A stretch of 62,596 bases of DNA, filler included. It is 9 parts of 9 records of this genome, joined end to end, with 100 filler letters (N's around TTAATTAATTAA, not from the genome) between each part and the next. Parts side by side here need not be neighbours in the genome. Positions count along the whole stretch, not along the records: positions 1 to 7,946 come from SRR31147125_3096; positions 8,047 to 14,221 come from SRR31147125_3108; 7 more parts are not named here. One strand, 5' to 3'. The notes under the pieces were generated by a model. That model was not told the origin of the DNA. It saw nothing but the letters and a program-made list of their open reading frames with translations, and did not search any database. A program made the translations under genes and the position numbers. Of the stretch, positions 1 to 10,909 are shown in pieces. Numbering within the stretch: the stretch's first letter is position 1; each line of letters opens with the position of its first letter.

Positions 1-720
1 TTTTGCATCTGAATAATGATTCTCGATACTCTTCAGCATTTCGGAACGTAGTTTCACAGCCTGAACTCCCAATGCCAAACCATAATAACGAGTAACCAAT
101 TCTGTTAACAAAACTCCTTCGGTATGCCGCAGTTCTTGCTGACTGATACCCAGGTTTACTTCGGCAGCCTGGTTGGCTCCGTTAATTTTACCTCCGGCAT
201 AAATAGGCACTGCAAAACTGGCCGAAACCAAAGCAAAATATTCGTCTTGTATAATTTCATCCCAATTAGCAGCTTCAATAGTCTCCCCGGCTTCCAGCAA
301 TTGTTGGCGAACGGCAGCCGTACTCATTTCGTCGGGCAAAGTTGGCATAATGCTATTGGTTGCCGGGTCGGGATTTGCAACGCCACTAAAAACACCGTAA
401 GTTCCCAGTGTTTCGTACAGAGGAACAATGGCCTCGCTAACAGGAGTAAGGTCGAGATGAATAGGATCTGACATAGCAACTGCAGTTGCATTTAGCGAAA
501 CCGTTGGCAGGCGTAATCCTTTTTTCGATTTAATTTCATATTCCTTCTGCTTAATTTCTTGCTTTTTACGCAGAAGTGCCGGATTTTGCTCAAGCATAAT
601 CTGCATGGCCTGGTCGAACGACAGCAACTGTTTCTGTTCCTGTCCGAAAACCGTAGAGCTACATGCAAACAATGCCAAAAGCATTATCACCGCTGTTTTC
701 TGAATTTTAAATGTCTTCAT
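1..720 (-). CDS. TolC-family outer membrane efflux protein (5' part; runs off window start)
   Basis: Not in the ORF track; translated by hand from ATG at 720: MKTFKIQKTAVIMLLALFACSSTVFGQEQKQLLSFDQAMQIMLEQNPALL...GLRLPTVSLNA. This is a signal peptide plus the typical OEP start (LS..qA..ial.NP.L...LP.vsl). Directly downstream of a TetR gene. Confidence 0.8.
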   Translation of the reverse strand, partial: MKTFKIQKTAVIMLLALFACSSTVFGQEQKQLLSFDQAMQIMLEQNPALLRKKQEIKQKEYEIKSKKGLRLPTVSLNATAVAMSDPIHLDLTPVSEAIVPLYETLGTYGVFSGVANPDPATNSIMPTLPDEMSTAAVRQQLLEAGETIEAANWDEIIQDEYFALVSASFAVPIYAGGKINGANQAAEVNLGISQQELRHTEGVLLTELVTRYYGLALGVQAVKLRSEMLKSIENHYSDAK

Positions 721-729
721 ATTTTGTGT

Positions 730-1308
730 CTATTTTAAAAACTTGATAAATAAATTAAGCAGATGTTGAATGTCTTGTTCCTCAATCACCTGAGAATTTT
801 CGTATTTATATTTCTGATTGATAAACTGAATAGTTGTAATAAACAATATCAGGTATAAGTCCTCAACAGTTAGCGTCTCGTCGAGGCAATTACAAGTTAA
901 ACCAATTTCACGGAGTTTTTCGATAAGTTTTAATGTATTTCCCCGAATCTGATTGTCGATTACAAAGTTGTAGTCGTTGGTTAATACATATAAAAATTTC
1001 ACTTTAACAGGCTCGGTATTGGCAATTTGCACAAAATGGCGAACCAATTTTTCAATGGTTTCAGAAAAAGGAGAGTCGTGCTCTATCAGTTCTTCAAACT
1101 TCCCGAACACCTCTTGGAAAACCTCCTGCAAAATGGAGTTAACCATTTCGTATTTCCCTTTGTAGTGCATGTAGAAATAACCAGATGCGACCTTCGCATC
1201 TTTGGCAATCAAGGCAGCAGAAGCTCCACCGAAACCTCTTTCAACCACCAGTTTCATAGTAGCTTGCTTCAATCGTTCTATCTTATTCTGATCCGTAATT
1301 CGTGCCAT
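730..1308 (-). CDS. TetR/AcrR family transcriptional regulator
   Basis: N-terminal TetR HTH (LVVERGFGGASAALIAKDAKVASGYFYMHYKGK); 192 aa; upstream of the efflux gene. Confidence 0.9.
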   Translation of the reverse strand: MARITDQNKIERLKQATMKLVVERGFGGASAALIAKDAKVASGYFYMHYKGKYEMVNSILQEVFQEVFGKFEELIEHDSPFSETIEKLVRHFVQIANTEPVKVKFLYVLTNDYNFVIDNQIRGNTLKLIEKLREIGLTCNCLDETLTVEDLYLILFITTIQFINQKYKYENSQVIEEQDIQHLLNLFIKFLK

Positions 1309-1321
1309 CTACAAACAATTA

Positions 1322-1345
1322 ATAAATGAATGTTCATTCATTTAT
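1322..1345. promoter_or_regulatory. Probable TetR operator
   Basis: Perfect 11-bp inverted repeat ATAAATGAATG-tt-CATTCATTTAT, 13 nt upstream of the TetR start. Confidence 0.7.
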
Positions 1346-1648
1346 GCAAAAGTATAATCTTTTTCTTTTGAATAAATCTTTCTGAAAAAGAATTAAGATT
1401 GATTTAAATTTTTAGGAACATTGCTTATTGCGTAAGACTAGAATTTCCGTAGTATACAAAGCCTTAAAAGTATACCACTATTCTATTTTACTGATTCCGG
1501 AATAATATAACTTATTGATTTTTATGCAATTATTTTGTACCTTCAACTATTAAATTGAATGTATAGGAAGTGTTAAGGGCTAATAATATAACCTGATTTG
1601 AAATAGGTAATTTGATTGAGTTATAACCCTTCAATAAGGACATTAACA

Positions 1649-1680
1649 AAGAAACCGGATTCTAAAGAATCCGGTTTCTT
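1649..1680 (-). terminator. Intrinsic terminator
   Basis: 14-bp stem AAGAAACCGGATTC-taaa-GAATCCGGTTTCTT just downstream of the 1703..2641 gene. Confidence 0.7.
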
Positions 1681-1702
1681 GTTTTATAAAAGACTTTTAG
1701 AC

Positions 1703-2641
1703 TTACGCCAAAATCTTGCCTTTAATATTGTCGATACTTGTCTTAATTCCTTCGAAAGGTTTTCCATTACCTTGATTATCGTCTTCAACAAACAAATACT
1801 TCATGCCGGCAGTTTCTCGGGCTTCGTAAATGCGGTTAAAATCAATGTATCCTGCTCCAACCGAAGTAATGTCGTCTTTTTCAACAGTAAAATAAGGTTC
1901 TGTCTTTTTCGAGCCATCTTTAAAGTGGAACAACTGGAAACGTCCCGGATATTTTTTGAACATTTCAACAGGATCTTGTCCGGCTTTTGTTGCCCAGTAC
2001 ATATCCAATTCCATGGTAATAAGGTCGGCATCCATTTCTTTCAGGAATATGTCGTAGTAAGGAACTATTCCGTTAGTTGGCAAAAACTCGAAATTATGGT
2101 TGTGGTACGCAAACTGAATACCAGCATTTTTCATTATCTCACCAACTTTATTCCAGTCGGCAATCATTTTTTTGTATTTCTCCACATTACGATCTTCATC
2201 GTTTACCCAAGGTTGTACGCAATACTCCGCACCTACTAAAGCGTGGTCGTCAGCCATTTTTTTTGCATTATCCATGGTAATACCTTTAGCCTCTACCATT
2301 GTATGGCTGCTAATAATTTTCATTCCAAGGTCTTCAACCACCTTTTGGAATTCTTTAGGAGCCATTCCGTAAAATTTACCATCAGCATATCCGGCAAGCT
2401 CTACAAATTTATAACCCATTCCGGCCACCTTTTTCAACGAGCCTGCTACGTCGGCAGTCATGGCATCGCGAATAGTGTACAACTGTAAACCAACGCCACA
2501 AGTTTCTTGTTCTACCACCTCGGCTACAACTTTTTGTTCTGTTGATTTTTTAGCACCAGGTTTGCAAGCATAAGTTCCAAGAGCCACCACTCCAACTGCA
2601 CCCGCTGCCGAAATTTTAAGAAATTCTCTTCTGTCTTTCAT
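1703..2641 (-). CDS. Sugar phosphate isomerase/epimerase (xylose isomerase-like TIM barrel), Tat-exported
   Basis: Twin-arginine signal DRREFLK; motifs GLQLYTIR, YHNHNFEF, ELDMYW, HFKD, FVEDD. Confidence 0.9.
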   Translation of the reverse strand: MKDRREFLKISAAGAVGVVALGTYACKPGAKKSTEQKVVAEVVEQETCGVGLQLYTIRDAMTADVAGSLKKVAGMGYKFVELAGYADGKFYGMAPKEFQKVVEDLGMKIISSHTMVEAKGITMDNAKKMADDHALVGAEYCVQPWVNDEDRNVEKYKKMIADWNKVGEIMKNAGIQFAYHNHNFEFLPTNGIVPYYDIFLKEMDADLITMELDMYWATKAGQDPVEMFKKYPGRFQLFHFKDGSKKTEPYFTVEKDDITSVGAGYIDFNRIYEARETAGMKYLFVEDDNQGNGKPFEGIKTSIDNIKGKILA

Positions 2642-2757
2642 GATAATCGTTTTTAGTTAGTTGAATATTATTATTTGTCTTATTGTCAAAGAAACAATAA
2701 AAATAGGTTAATCTCTTTATTTTAACAATTATCGCCGCCAATTTTATATTACAAATA

Positions 2758-3597
2758 TTATCGGAGGGTGTAGATTAATTGCAGTCCTGAATAACGGCCG
2801 GCAAACGGAACAAATGCCAAACGACTTTTTCTGTTTACTTTATGACAATGTGGAATAAGAACTCCGGCCGTTGCTCCAACAGCAAAACCAATTAAAATAT
2901 CGGAGGGAAAATGTTTCATAGCTTTGTACCGGTAGTAACCCACCAACGAAGGAGGAATTACTGCAGCCGCATATAACCAATATTTTTTATTACCCAGTTC
3001 CGGATGATAATCGCTGTAAACCTTTGCCATAAAAAACGAAGCAGTTGCTGCCGTTGAAACATGTCCGCTGAAAAATGAATTTCTCGATTCGTTGGCCATT
3101 TTATCTTCAATAGATACATCGGGATTATAATTAAACGGACGAGGCCTGGAAATCAGTGCCGAATTCAAAATATAAAAGTCGGAATTAATAGCATGCGACT
3201 CGCCGTAAAGAATTAGCAAATCGAGCCAATCTTTTCTAATATTATCATCGAAAGCCAAAATTCCGGGAAGTATAACCGAACTGTTCAGAAAAATATCGGA
3301 AATTTTATGTGCATCGTCTCTTTTAAATGCATCTTGTTCGCAGGCCGGGCGGTCGAACCACCAAATATCATCGGCTGTAAACGAAATGGCTTGTTCGTAT
3401 GTTATACCCGGTTTTGTGGCAAGATAACTAAAGCCCAAAGCCGCGCCACCAAACAATCCAAGAGTCAGCGGAATTTCAACTTTCCGGTTAATTTTATAAA
3501 CCGATTCGTTTTGCTTTTCCTGTGTAAACGATTTTACCGGCAGCAAAATCAAAACAAGAACAATACAAATAAGCTGGTGAATAAACTTCCTCATCAA
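2758..3597 (-). CDS. PAP2-family phosphatase
   Basis: PAP2 motifs RPRP, SFFSGH, RYKAMKHFPSD. Confidence 0.88.
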   Translation of the reverse strand: MMRKFIHQLICIVLVLILLPVKSFTQEKQNESVYKINRKVEIPLTLGLFGGAALGFSYLATKPGITYEQAISFTADDIWWFDRPACEQDAFKRDDAHKISDIFLNSSVILPGILAFDDNIRKDWLDLLILYGESHAINSDFYILNSALISRPRPFNYNPDVSIEDKMANESRNSFFSGHVSTAATASFFMAKVYSDYHPELGNKKYWLYAAAVIPPSLVGYYRYKAMKHFPSDILIGFAVGATAGVLIPHCHKVNRKSRLAFVPFAGRYSGLQLIYTLR

Positions 3598-3653
3598 AGT
3601 ATTTTAAATGAGGTGCAAAGATAATAAATCAAAAGCTTTAACATTTATTTCCA

Positions 3654-5936
3654 TTAAAACGGAAAACCAATGCTAAGATGAAAACGCGTTTCATGGTCTT
3701 TGTTATTATCGCCAACAAGTAGTTGAACAGGACCGAGCAGAGAATCGTATTTCAAACCAAAATTAAAGCCCCAAATATAATCTGAAATGTGCTTGTCGGT
3801 AATGTCGGTAAAAAGATCTTCATTGTCATCAGCAATATTGGCCACATTAACCAGGCCCGATAAATACAAACCAGAAGTTAATTCAATATTTATTCCTGAT
3901 TTTATGATTACAAAATTGTTTGTATACATTTCACCAACATTATAACCCGCAAGATTTTTATAGTGCAAACGACAGGTTCCGAATTGAGAACCTCCGAGCA
4001 CAAAAACGTTAGAGCCCGGATTATCGCTGGTTAATCCGGCACTTGCTCCAAAATTATAAGTAACTCTTCGGGCAAAAGTTTTATACCAGTTGTGTTCTAC
4101 TAATAGTGTTGCATAAGGTTCATCACTTTCATCAATAAAATATTCGGTTGTCGAATTATATGGTACTTCCAAATCGCTATTTACTTTTAATGAATGCGAA
4201 AAATCAACATTAAATTGTATCCCTTTTTTAGGAAAATATAAATCGTCGGTAGTATTTACTTTGTAAAACAAGTTATACCCCCAGTCGTTCGATTTATAAC
4301 GCTCGAAATCTGCTTCGGCATAAATGGCCCTCAAATCGGAACGCGGCGTTATGCGATTATTTTTGTAGAATGCATTTCCGCCAATTTGATGATTTAAGCC
4401 CAATAAATACCGCAAACCATAACCGGCTTCGAAATAGTTCTGCTTATAATTTCCCAAACGATTTCCGGCATCGTAAAAAGGCAATTTGTAGCTGTAAGTC
4501 CGCATATATAGTTCATCAGACAAGCGCTGTTTTTTCCCCACAAATTTGTTTAACGAAACCTCCAGTCCCGGATTTTCTGCAATATTTACCGAGACTAACA
4601 TACGTGTGGCAGGAGCAATAATATTTCGTAAAGTAAAATTGGTAACAATGCCTACTCCCAAATCGTCGTCGTACGATGGAGCCAGTTTAAACATTGCCTG
4701 CGGATTTTCTTTTACATTAAAAACCAGCGTGTACCCTTCTTTCTCGTTGTTCTTTTGTAATTCGTAAGTTAATTTAGCAAAAAGGCGGGTTCCGTACATA
4801 AATTCAATGGCCTCTTCAATATCAGCATATCTTAATGAGTCGCCCTTTTGTAAGCCCGATTTTGACAACGCATACTTTTTATCGAGATATTGTAAACCTT
4901 CAACATCAATATCTGTAACTAATATCTTATCGGGTTTATTGTACTTTTTTACCGGTTTACACGAAAGATTATATTTTTCGACAAGTGCCTTAATTTCGTC
5001 AATTTGGTTGCGTGCAGCATCTTCTCCAAGTTGTTGAATAATTTCGCCTTTCGTAAAATCGCTTGCTCCATATTTCCCCATATCGGGAACAATTAAAATA
5101 TCGCACTTTTTATTTTGTTCGCGGGCATCAACAATGCCACCTAAAACCGTTGCACGAGAAAGAATATCGGCGAAAGAAGTTATATCTGCAGCGGTTACAT
5201 TTTCCTGAAATCCTACATAAACTCCAATAATTATATCGGCTCCCATATCAATGGCTTCCTGCACCGGAAAATTTCGGGCAACTCCTCCATCAACCAACAA
5301 CATAGAATCCATTTGCACCGGTGAAAAAACGGTTGGAATAGACATACTTGCCCGAATTGATTTAACGATATCGCCAGATTGGTGTTCAACAGCTTTTCCT
5401 GAAACCAAATCAACCGACATACAATGATATGGGATTGGCAACTTGTTAAAATCTTCGTGCGAAGTAAGAGGCCAGAATAGTTCAGAGAAATAAGCTTCAA
5501 GATGCTGGCCTTCAATTAAACCTGCCGGTAGATTAATTTTATTATCGCGGACAGGGATTTCGAAAAGATATTTATTTGATTCTCTTTTCTCATCCATTGC
5601 CACTTTGCGCAGCTGAACATCGTCGGTAAGTAATTGGTCCCAGTTGGCATTTCGGTTAATTTCGGTTAATTCATCAACCGAATAACCGGCAGCATACAAA
5701 CTACCCACAATACTTCCCATACTGGTTCCGGTAATAATATCGGGGCGAATTCCGGCTTCTTCCAAAACTTTTATTACGCCAATGTGTGCCAGGCCTTTTG
5801 CTCCTCCTCCACTTAAAACAAGGCCAATTTTGATTTTTTTGTTTTCTGTGGGTTTTTCCCGGGCAGATACAATAGAAAAAGAATACGATACAAAAAAAAC
5901 AAAAAGGTACCTTAAAAATAGTGGCAGTCTTTCCAT
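3654..5936 (-). CDS. Patatin-like phospholipase with POTRA and C-terminal beta-barrel (PlpD-like, type Vd)
   Basis: LSGGGAKG, GTSMG nucleophile elbow, DGG; POTRA-like middle region; C-terminal ...SIGFPF barrel signature. Confidence 0.88.
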   Translation of the reverse strand: MERLPLFLRYLFVFFVSYSFSIVSAREKPTENKKIKIGLVLSGGGAKGLAHIGVIKVLEEAGIRPDIITGTSMGSIVGSLYAAGYSVDELTEINRNANWDQLLTDDVQLRKVAMDEKRESNKYLFEIPVRDNKINLPAGLIEGQHLEAYFSELFWPLTSHEDFNKLPIPYHCMSVDLVSGKAVEHQSGDIVKSIRASMSIPTVFSPVQMDSMLLVDGGVARNFPVQEAIDMGADIIIGVYVGFQENVTAADITSFADILSRATVLGGIVDAREQNKKCDILIVPDMGKYGASDFTKGEIIQQLGEDAARNQIDEIKALVEKYNLSCKPVKKYNKPDKILVTDIDVEGLQYLDKKYALSKSGLQKGDSLRYADIEEAIEFMYGTRLFAKLTYELQKNNEKEGYTLVFNVKENPQAMFKLAPSYDDDLGVGIVTNFTLRNIIAPATRMLVSVNIAENPGLEVSLNKFVGKKQRLSDELYMRTYSYKLPFYDAGNRLGNYKQNYFEAGYGLRYLLGLNHQIGGNAFYKNNRITPRSDLRAIYAEADFERYKSNDWGYNLFYKVNTTDDLYFPKKGIQFNVDFSHSLKVNSDLEVPYNSTTEYFIDESDEPYATLLVEHNWYKTFARRVTYNFGASAGLTSDNPGSNVFVLGGSQFGTCRLHYKNLAGYNVGEMYTNNFVIIKSGINIELTSGLYLSGLVNVANIADDNEDLFTDITDKHISDYIWGFNFGLKYDSLLGPVQLLVGDNNKDHETRFHLSIGFPF

Positions 5937-6215
5937 GACAGTTGGGTTAAAATTATATGTTCAGCTTGAAAACAAAAAGTTTAAACAGGCAGAATAACTC
6001 CTTACGCCCAACTTCTGTTTTCCAATTTTTAGTCGTATGAATTTAAGAAATTAACTAATCCCTGAACATCTTTTTTCGATGAAAAAGGATATCCTCCATT
6101 TACTTTTAACGAATAGATATTATGGTATAATATACTTTCTTTTTGAGGATTTGATGAGTCGAGCAATTCCACTGCCTCTTCATAAAGCTGGTCTCTGTTT
6201 GTCATAACTTAACGT

Positions 6216-7342
6216 TTAACTTGCTATTTTTTCTGTAATGTTTTCTCCCGATTTTTCAGAAATCAGGTATATGTCTTTTGTATTGTTTTTCCCGCGTAAT
6301 TTCATTTTTCCCTGCGAAGTTATTTTAAAACCATTTTCTGCAGGCAGGTTTTCTTTGACTGTTCTCGAAACAATTAGTTTATTCGGAAACGATTTTGCCA
6401 ATTCCAACATCCTTGCCGCAGTATTTAAAACATCGCCATGGTAAGCAATTTCCGATTTCAGGTATCCACCAACCTCAGCAGCCATAACCTGCCCGGCATT
6501 AATAGTGCCTTTAAACTCCGGCACTACTCCAAATTCATTCTTGAAATATTCCGCATTCCGCATTAAATTTTCAGTGAAAGCAAAAAATAAATTAATACTG
6601 TTTCTGAAATCTGATTTCGACTTCACCTCCCAGGTTATTACAGCTTCGTCGCCCACAAACTGGTAGATATTTCCAGAGTGCCTTAACACCAAATCAGAGA
6701 GATTTCGGTAGCAAGCTTGCAACATTTTGCTATATTTTTCGTGCCCCAGTTGTTCGGCCATAATCGACGATGACTTTAAGTCCAGAAAAGAAAAATTCGA
6801 TTTTCTTCGCGAGGATAATAATATTTCCCTGAAATAACCGGAAAAAAATTATTTATTCCGATTTTATTCTGAACGATTAGATAGAAGTTTAGTCCTATAC
6901 TTAGCATAAATGTTACAGATAATATGTAATAAAATCCATTACTATTTAATAAACGACCGACCTCTACAAGCGAATCTGCATTAGTAAGGCCTTTTGTTTT
7001 TCCGTAAACAAAAGCTGCAATAACAGAAATAAAAAGTACACTTATCAGGTAAATAATTATTTTCCTCAACACCAGCCCGAGCAGGGTTCCATTCTTAAAA
7101 TGTTTAGGAAAGAAATACAACTCCGCTATTCCAGTACTTAAACCAATGGCAAAACCTGCACCTGTTGATGCCCAAAAGCTATCGCGCATAATTTGGATAA
7201 ACTTTGTAGCCCAAATACCTTCAGGAATCATTGCAACACCAAGAAAACTTAGTATTACCATTACCCTGAGCATTATACCCCAATACAGAATGATTATTCC
7301 GAGTTGCTTTAATTTTAATATTTTTTCAGGTGAAATTGCCAT
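6216..7342 (-). CDS. Membrane-anchored class III adenylate/guanylate cyclase, frameshifted near 6785-6795
   Basis: The two ORFs join as REENRIFLF/LDLKSSTIMAEQLG if one T is added to a T-run; motifs FVGDE and YHGDVLNTAAR; four N-terminal TM helices. Confidence 0.85.
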
Positions 7343-7350
7343 TCTTTATT

Positions 7351-7946
7351 CTATTTGCCTACCCACTCTTTAAATTCGGTGGCTTTCAGGCGGCTAATTG
7401 TTATTGTTTCGTCGAAAGGTTGAACTAAAAGCAATATTAATTTGCCGCCAAAATGGTTTTCAAATTTTCTTATTGAATTTATATGTACAATTGAACCGCG
7501 ATTGGTGCGGAAAAATTCTTCCGGATTGAGTTGTTCTTCCAGCTTTTCGATGGTAAGGTCGATAATGTGCGATTTTCCGTCGAAAGTAAAGGCTGTGGTA
7601 ACGCGGTTTTCGGTATTAAACCAGGCAATATCTTTTACATCGAGTTTAAAATACGAGGATCAAAAAACGAGTTCTGTATTTCTTCTCTCCTTGCTGAATA
7701 ACTTGCAGTAATTCCTTATAATCGGGCCTACTTTCTCCCGACTCTTGATGTATAGCAACAAACTGTTCGAACTTTTCGATAGCCAGTTGCAGTTTCTCTG
7801 TTTTTATAGGTTTCAGTAAATAATCGATACTGTTTACCTGGAAAGCACGCAATGCATATTCGTCGTAAGCGGTGGTAAAAATCACCATACTTTCAACTTC
7901 TGTTTGGTCGAAAATAGAAAAACTAATACCATCGGTTAGCTGAATA
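7351..7946 (-). CDS. LytTR-family response regulator (5'-truncated; frameshift near 7650-7660)
   Basis: REC motifs VIFTTAYDEYALRAF and DYLLKP. The LytTR domain continues in another frame (SYFKLDVKDIAWF...LEEQLNPEEFFRTNRGSIVHINSI...ISRLKATEFKEWVGK*). Confidence 0.85.
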
Positions 7947-8046
7947 NNNNNNNNNNNNNNNNNNNNNNNNNNNNNNNNNNNNNNNNNNNNTTAATTAATT
8001 AANNNNNNNNNNNNNNNNNNNNNNNNNNNNNNNNNNNNNNNNNNNN
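7947..8046. other. Artificial contig linker
   Basis: N-run + TTAATTAATTAA (stops in all six frames) + N-run, 100 nt. Confidence 0.97.
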
Positions 8047-8101
8047 TGCGGAAATCGCAAATATAGCGATTTCCGTATTGCAGTTCATGCAGGGAAAAAT
8101 T

Positions 8102-8174
8102 AGGGGAGTAGCTCAATTGGGAGAGCACCGGTCTCCAAAACCGGGGGTTGCGGGTTCGATCCCTGTCTCCCCTG
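8102..8174 (+). tRNA. tRNA-Trp(CCA)
   Basis: Cloverleaf: acceptor AGGGGAG/CTCCCCT, D-arm TAGCTCAATTGG, anticodon arm CCGGT-CTCCAAA-ACCGG, T-loop GTTCGAT; canonical position upstream of secE; 3' CCA not encoded. Confidence 0.95.
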
Positions 8175-8213
8175 CATTAATAAAGATGTTGGATATTATA
8201 GGAGCATTAAAAA

Positions 8214-8585
8214 ATGCAGAATAGTAAAAAATGGATTCAGGTTGGTTATATCTTAGTAGTAATCTTGACCTGGATATTTTTCTATAATTTGACAGATTTA
8301 GTTTGGGATTTAGCTGGATTCCCTCTTCCTGTTGATTGGTTCGTTACACCGGCCCATATTGTTGCTTTCGTTGCATCTATTATATTGTTGGTCATTTTGC
8401 AGCGAAATCAAAAAATCAATCAATACTCAGGAGAGGTTGCTTCTGAATTAGCTAAAGTTACATGGCCGGAAAGAAAAGAGACTATGATGTCTACGGGTGT
8501 TGTAGCTATTATGGTTGCTATTTGCTCTATGATCCTTTTTGGATTTGATAGTTTGTGGGGCAGTATAGTTCAAATTATTTATTAA
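8214..8585 (+). CDS. secE: Preprotein translocase subunit SecE (long form with extra N-terminal TMs)
   Basis: EVASELAKVTWPERKET motif; position between tRNA-Trp and nusG. Confidence 0.93.
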   Translation: MQNSKKWIQVGYILVVILTWIFFYNLTDLVWDLAGFPLPVDWFVTPAHIVAFVASIILLVILQRNQKINQYSGEVASELAKVTWPERKETMMSTGVVAIMVAICSMILFGFDSLWGSIVQIIY

Positions 8586-8598
8586 AGAGTGGTGAATT

Positions 8599-9126
8599 AT
8601 GAAAAACTGGTATGTTGTACATACATATTCAGGTTATGAGCAGAAGGCAAAGCAGGCTCTAGAGGAAAGAATCAAGTCTTCTAAAATGGATGAATTTTTT
8701 GGTGAAATTATGATTCCATCTGAACCTGTTTTGGAAGTTAAAAAGGGTGCAAAGAAGACAGCTAGTAGAAAATTTTTTCCAGGTTACATTCTGGTAAAGA
8801 TGGATCTAGATGACAAAACTTGGCACTTAGTAAAAGGTACTCCAAAGATAACCGGCTTTGTTGGTGGTTCTACAAATCCTCCAATTGTTCCCGAACATGA
8901 GGTTGAGAGAATTACGCAACAGATTGAAGCTGGTACTTTGAAACCAAAACCAAAAATTGAATTCGAAAAAGGTGAGACTGTCAGAGTAACATCCGGACCA
9001 TTCTCAACATTTACCGGTATAGTTGATGAAGTAAATGGAGAGAAAGGTAAGCTTAAGGTTCTAGTTTCCATATTTGGAAGATCGACACCTATAGAATTAG
9101 ATTTCACACAAGTTGAAAAAGGATAA
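8599..9126 (+). CDS. nusG: Transcription termination/antitermination factor NusG
   Basis: WYVVHTYSGYE, FFPGYILV, KOW GPFSTFTG, IFGRSTP. Confidence 0.98.
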   Translation: MKNWYVVHTYSGYEQKAKQALEERIKSSKMDEFFGEIMIPSEPVLEVKKGAKKTASRKFFPGYILVKMDLDDKTWHLVKGTPKITGFVGGSTNPPIVPEHEVERITQQIEAGTLKPKPKIEFEKGETVRVTSGPFSTFTGIVDEVNGEKGKLKVLVSIFGRSTPIELDFTQVEKG

Positions 9127-9169
9127 TCTTTCGCAGCCGATTTTGCGATAGTTGTTCGAGGAGGAAGTA

Positions 9170-9595
9170 ATGGCAAAGAAAATTATGGCCCAAATAAAAT
9201 TGCAATGTCCAGCTGGGCAAGCTAACCCTGCACCACCAATTGGTCCAGCGTTAGGTCAGCATGGCGTTAATATTATGGAGTTTTGTAAGCAATTTAATTC
9301 AAAAACTCAAAAAGATGCTGGAATGATCATTCCTGTTGTTATCACTGTTTATCAAGATCGTTCATTTTCTTTTATTACAAAAACACCACCTGTGTCCTAC
9401 TTACTAAAGAAAGCTGCAAATCTTGCTAAAGCATCTGGTGTTCCAAATAAAGAAAAAGTCGGTAAGGTTACAGATAAGCAAGTTGAAGAAATTGCTAAGC
9501 TTAAAATGCCAGATCTAAACTGCCTAAGTATCGAATCAGCAAAAGAGCAGGTTAGAGGTACCGCAAAAAGTATGGGAATCGAAGTCAAAGGATAA
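9170..9595 (+). CDS. rplK: 50S ribosomal protein L11
   Basis: MAKK...[21 protein letters not shown] at 9170 follows GAGGAGG. Confidence 0.98.
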   Translation: MAKKIMAQIKLQCPAGQANPAPPIGPALGQHGVNIMEFCKQFNSKTQKDAGMIIPVVITVYQDRSFSFITKTPPVSYLLKKAANLAKASGVPNKEKVGKVTDKQVEEIAKLKMPDLNCLSIESAKEQVRGTAKSMGIEVKG

Positions 9596-9686
9596 GACTT
9601 TGTGATAATTACTACGATTCAGGTAAGTTGTTTTTCTTGAATGCGTAGGAGCACGGCAGAATTGCAGTGCGAGGTTAGGAGGATAA

Positions 9687-10379
9687 ATGAGTAGAACGGG
9701 AAAGCGCTATAAAGCAAGCGCTGCGAAAGTCGAAAGCCAGAAGAAATACTCCCTTGATGAAGCATTCAAGGTTCTTGATGGTTTTGACAAAGCTAAGTTT
9801 GATGAAACTGTTGATGTTGCAATCAAACTCGGTGTTGATCCTAAGAAATCAGATCAGATGGTAAGAGCGTCCACAGCATTGCCTCATGGTTTGGGAAAAC
9901 CAGTTAAGGTTTTGGTTTTTGCAAAAGGTGAAAAAGAAGCTGAAGCAAAAGAAGCTGGAGCTGATTTTGTTGGTGCCGATGATTTGGTTGAAAAGATCAA
10001 AGGCGGATGGTTGGGATTTGATAAAACTATCGCAACACCAGATATGATGGGTACAGTTTCAAAAATTGGTAAGATTTTAGGTCCAAGAGGCTTGATGCCA
10101 AACCCAAAACTCGGAACAGTTACTTTTGAAGTTGCAAAAGCTGTTCAGGCTCAGAAGGCCGGTCAGGTTGAATTTAGAGTCGAGAAGGGTGCTATCATTC
10201 ATGCACCAATCGGAAAACGCAGTTTTGGTCCTGAAAAATTACTTGAGAATTTTAATGCATTGGTTGACGCAATCCAGAAGGCAAAACCTTCTGCTGCAAA
10301 AGGTACTTACATCAGAACAGCAGCTATTTCAGCTACTATGACTCCTGGTGTGAAAATCGATACCAATGTGTTTAGGTAA
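9687..10379 (+). CDS. rplA: 50S ribosomal protein L1
   Basis: [30 protein letters not shown]. Confidence 0.98.
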   Translation: MSRTGKRYKASAAKVESQKKYSLDEAFKVLDGFDKAKFDETVDVAIKLGVDPKKSDQMVRASTALPHGLGKPVKVLVFAKGEKEAEAKEAGADFVGADDLVEKIKGGWLGFDKTIATPDMMGTVSKIGKILGPRGLMPNPKLGTVTFEVAKAVQAQKAGQVEFRVEKGAIIHAPIGKRSFGPEKLLENFNALVDAIQKAKPSAAKGTYIRTAAISATMTPGVKIDTNVFR

Positions 10380-10393
10380 AAAAGGAGGGTCCC

Positions 10394-10909
10394 TTGGATC
10401 GTATACAAAAAGAACAACAAGTTGAACATGTTGTAGAAAAATTTGAAAAAGCAAAATCAGTTATCTTTGCTGATTATAGAGGTTTAAATGTTGAACAGAT
10501 AACCAGTCTTCGTCGTAAGCTTGCTGAAGCAGAAGCTACAATGAAAGTTATCAAAAACAGATTGGCAAAGAGAGCTGCAAAGAAACTTTCAATTGAAGGT
10601 TTGGACGAACATTTAATTGGTCCAACAGCTATGGCTTCATCAGATGTTGACCCAGTTGTCCCAGCTAAAGTATTGGTCGATTTTTCTAAAGACCATAAAG
10701 TTTTAGAAATCAAAGCCGGCTACATGGATGGAAAAGTTATCGATTTGAGCACAATCACTAAACTCGCAAATCTACCTTCAAGAGATATCTTGCTCGGTAA
10801 GATGTTGAGCTCAATGAATGCTCCAGCCACAAACTTTACAATGGCATTGGCAGCAATCCCAAGACAGCTAGTTGGTGTAATTAACTCAATTAAAGAAACT
10901 AAAGAATAA
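10394..10909 (+). CDS. rplJ: 50S ribosomal protein L10
   Basis: DYRGLNV, KVIKNRL, LANLPSR; TTG start after AGGAGG. Confidence 0.96.
   Translation: MDRIQKEQQVEHVVEKFEKAKSVIFADYRGLNVEQITSLRRKLAEAEATMKVIKNRLAKRAAKKLSIEGLDEHLIGPTAMASSDVDPVVPAKVLVDFSKDHKVLEIKAGYMDGKVIDLSTITKLANLPSRDILLGKMLSSMNAPATNFTMALAAIPRQLVGVINSIKETKE

Noticed and set aside
124-6000. Plus-strand ORFs such as 124..471, 1616..2239 and 3307..3624
   Set aside because: They are antisense shadows of the TolC, TIM-barrel and PAP2 genes.
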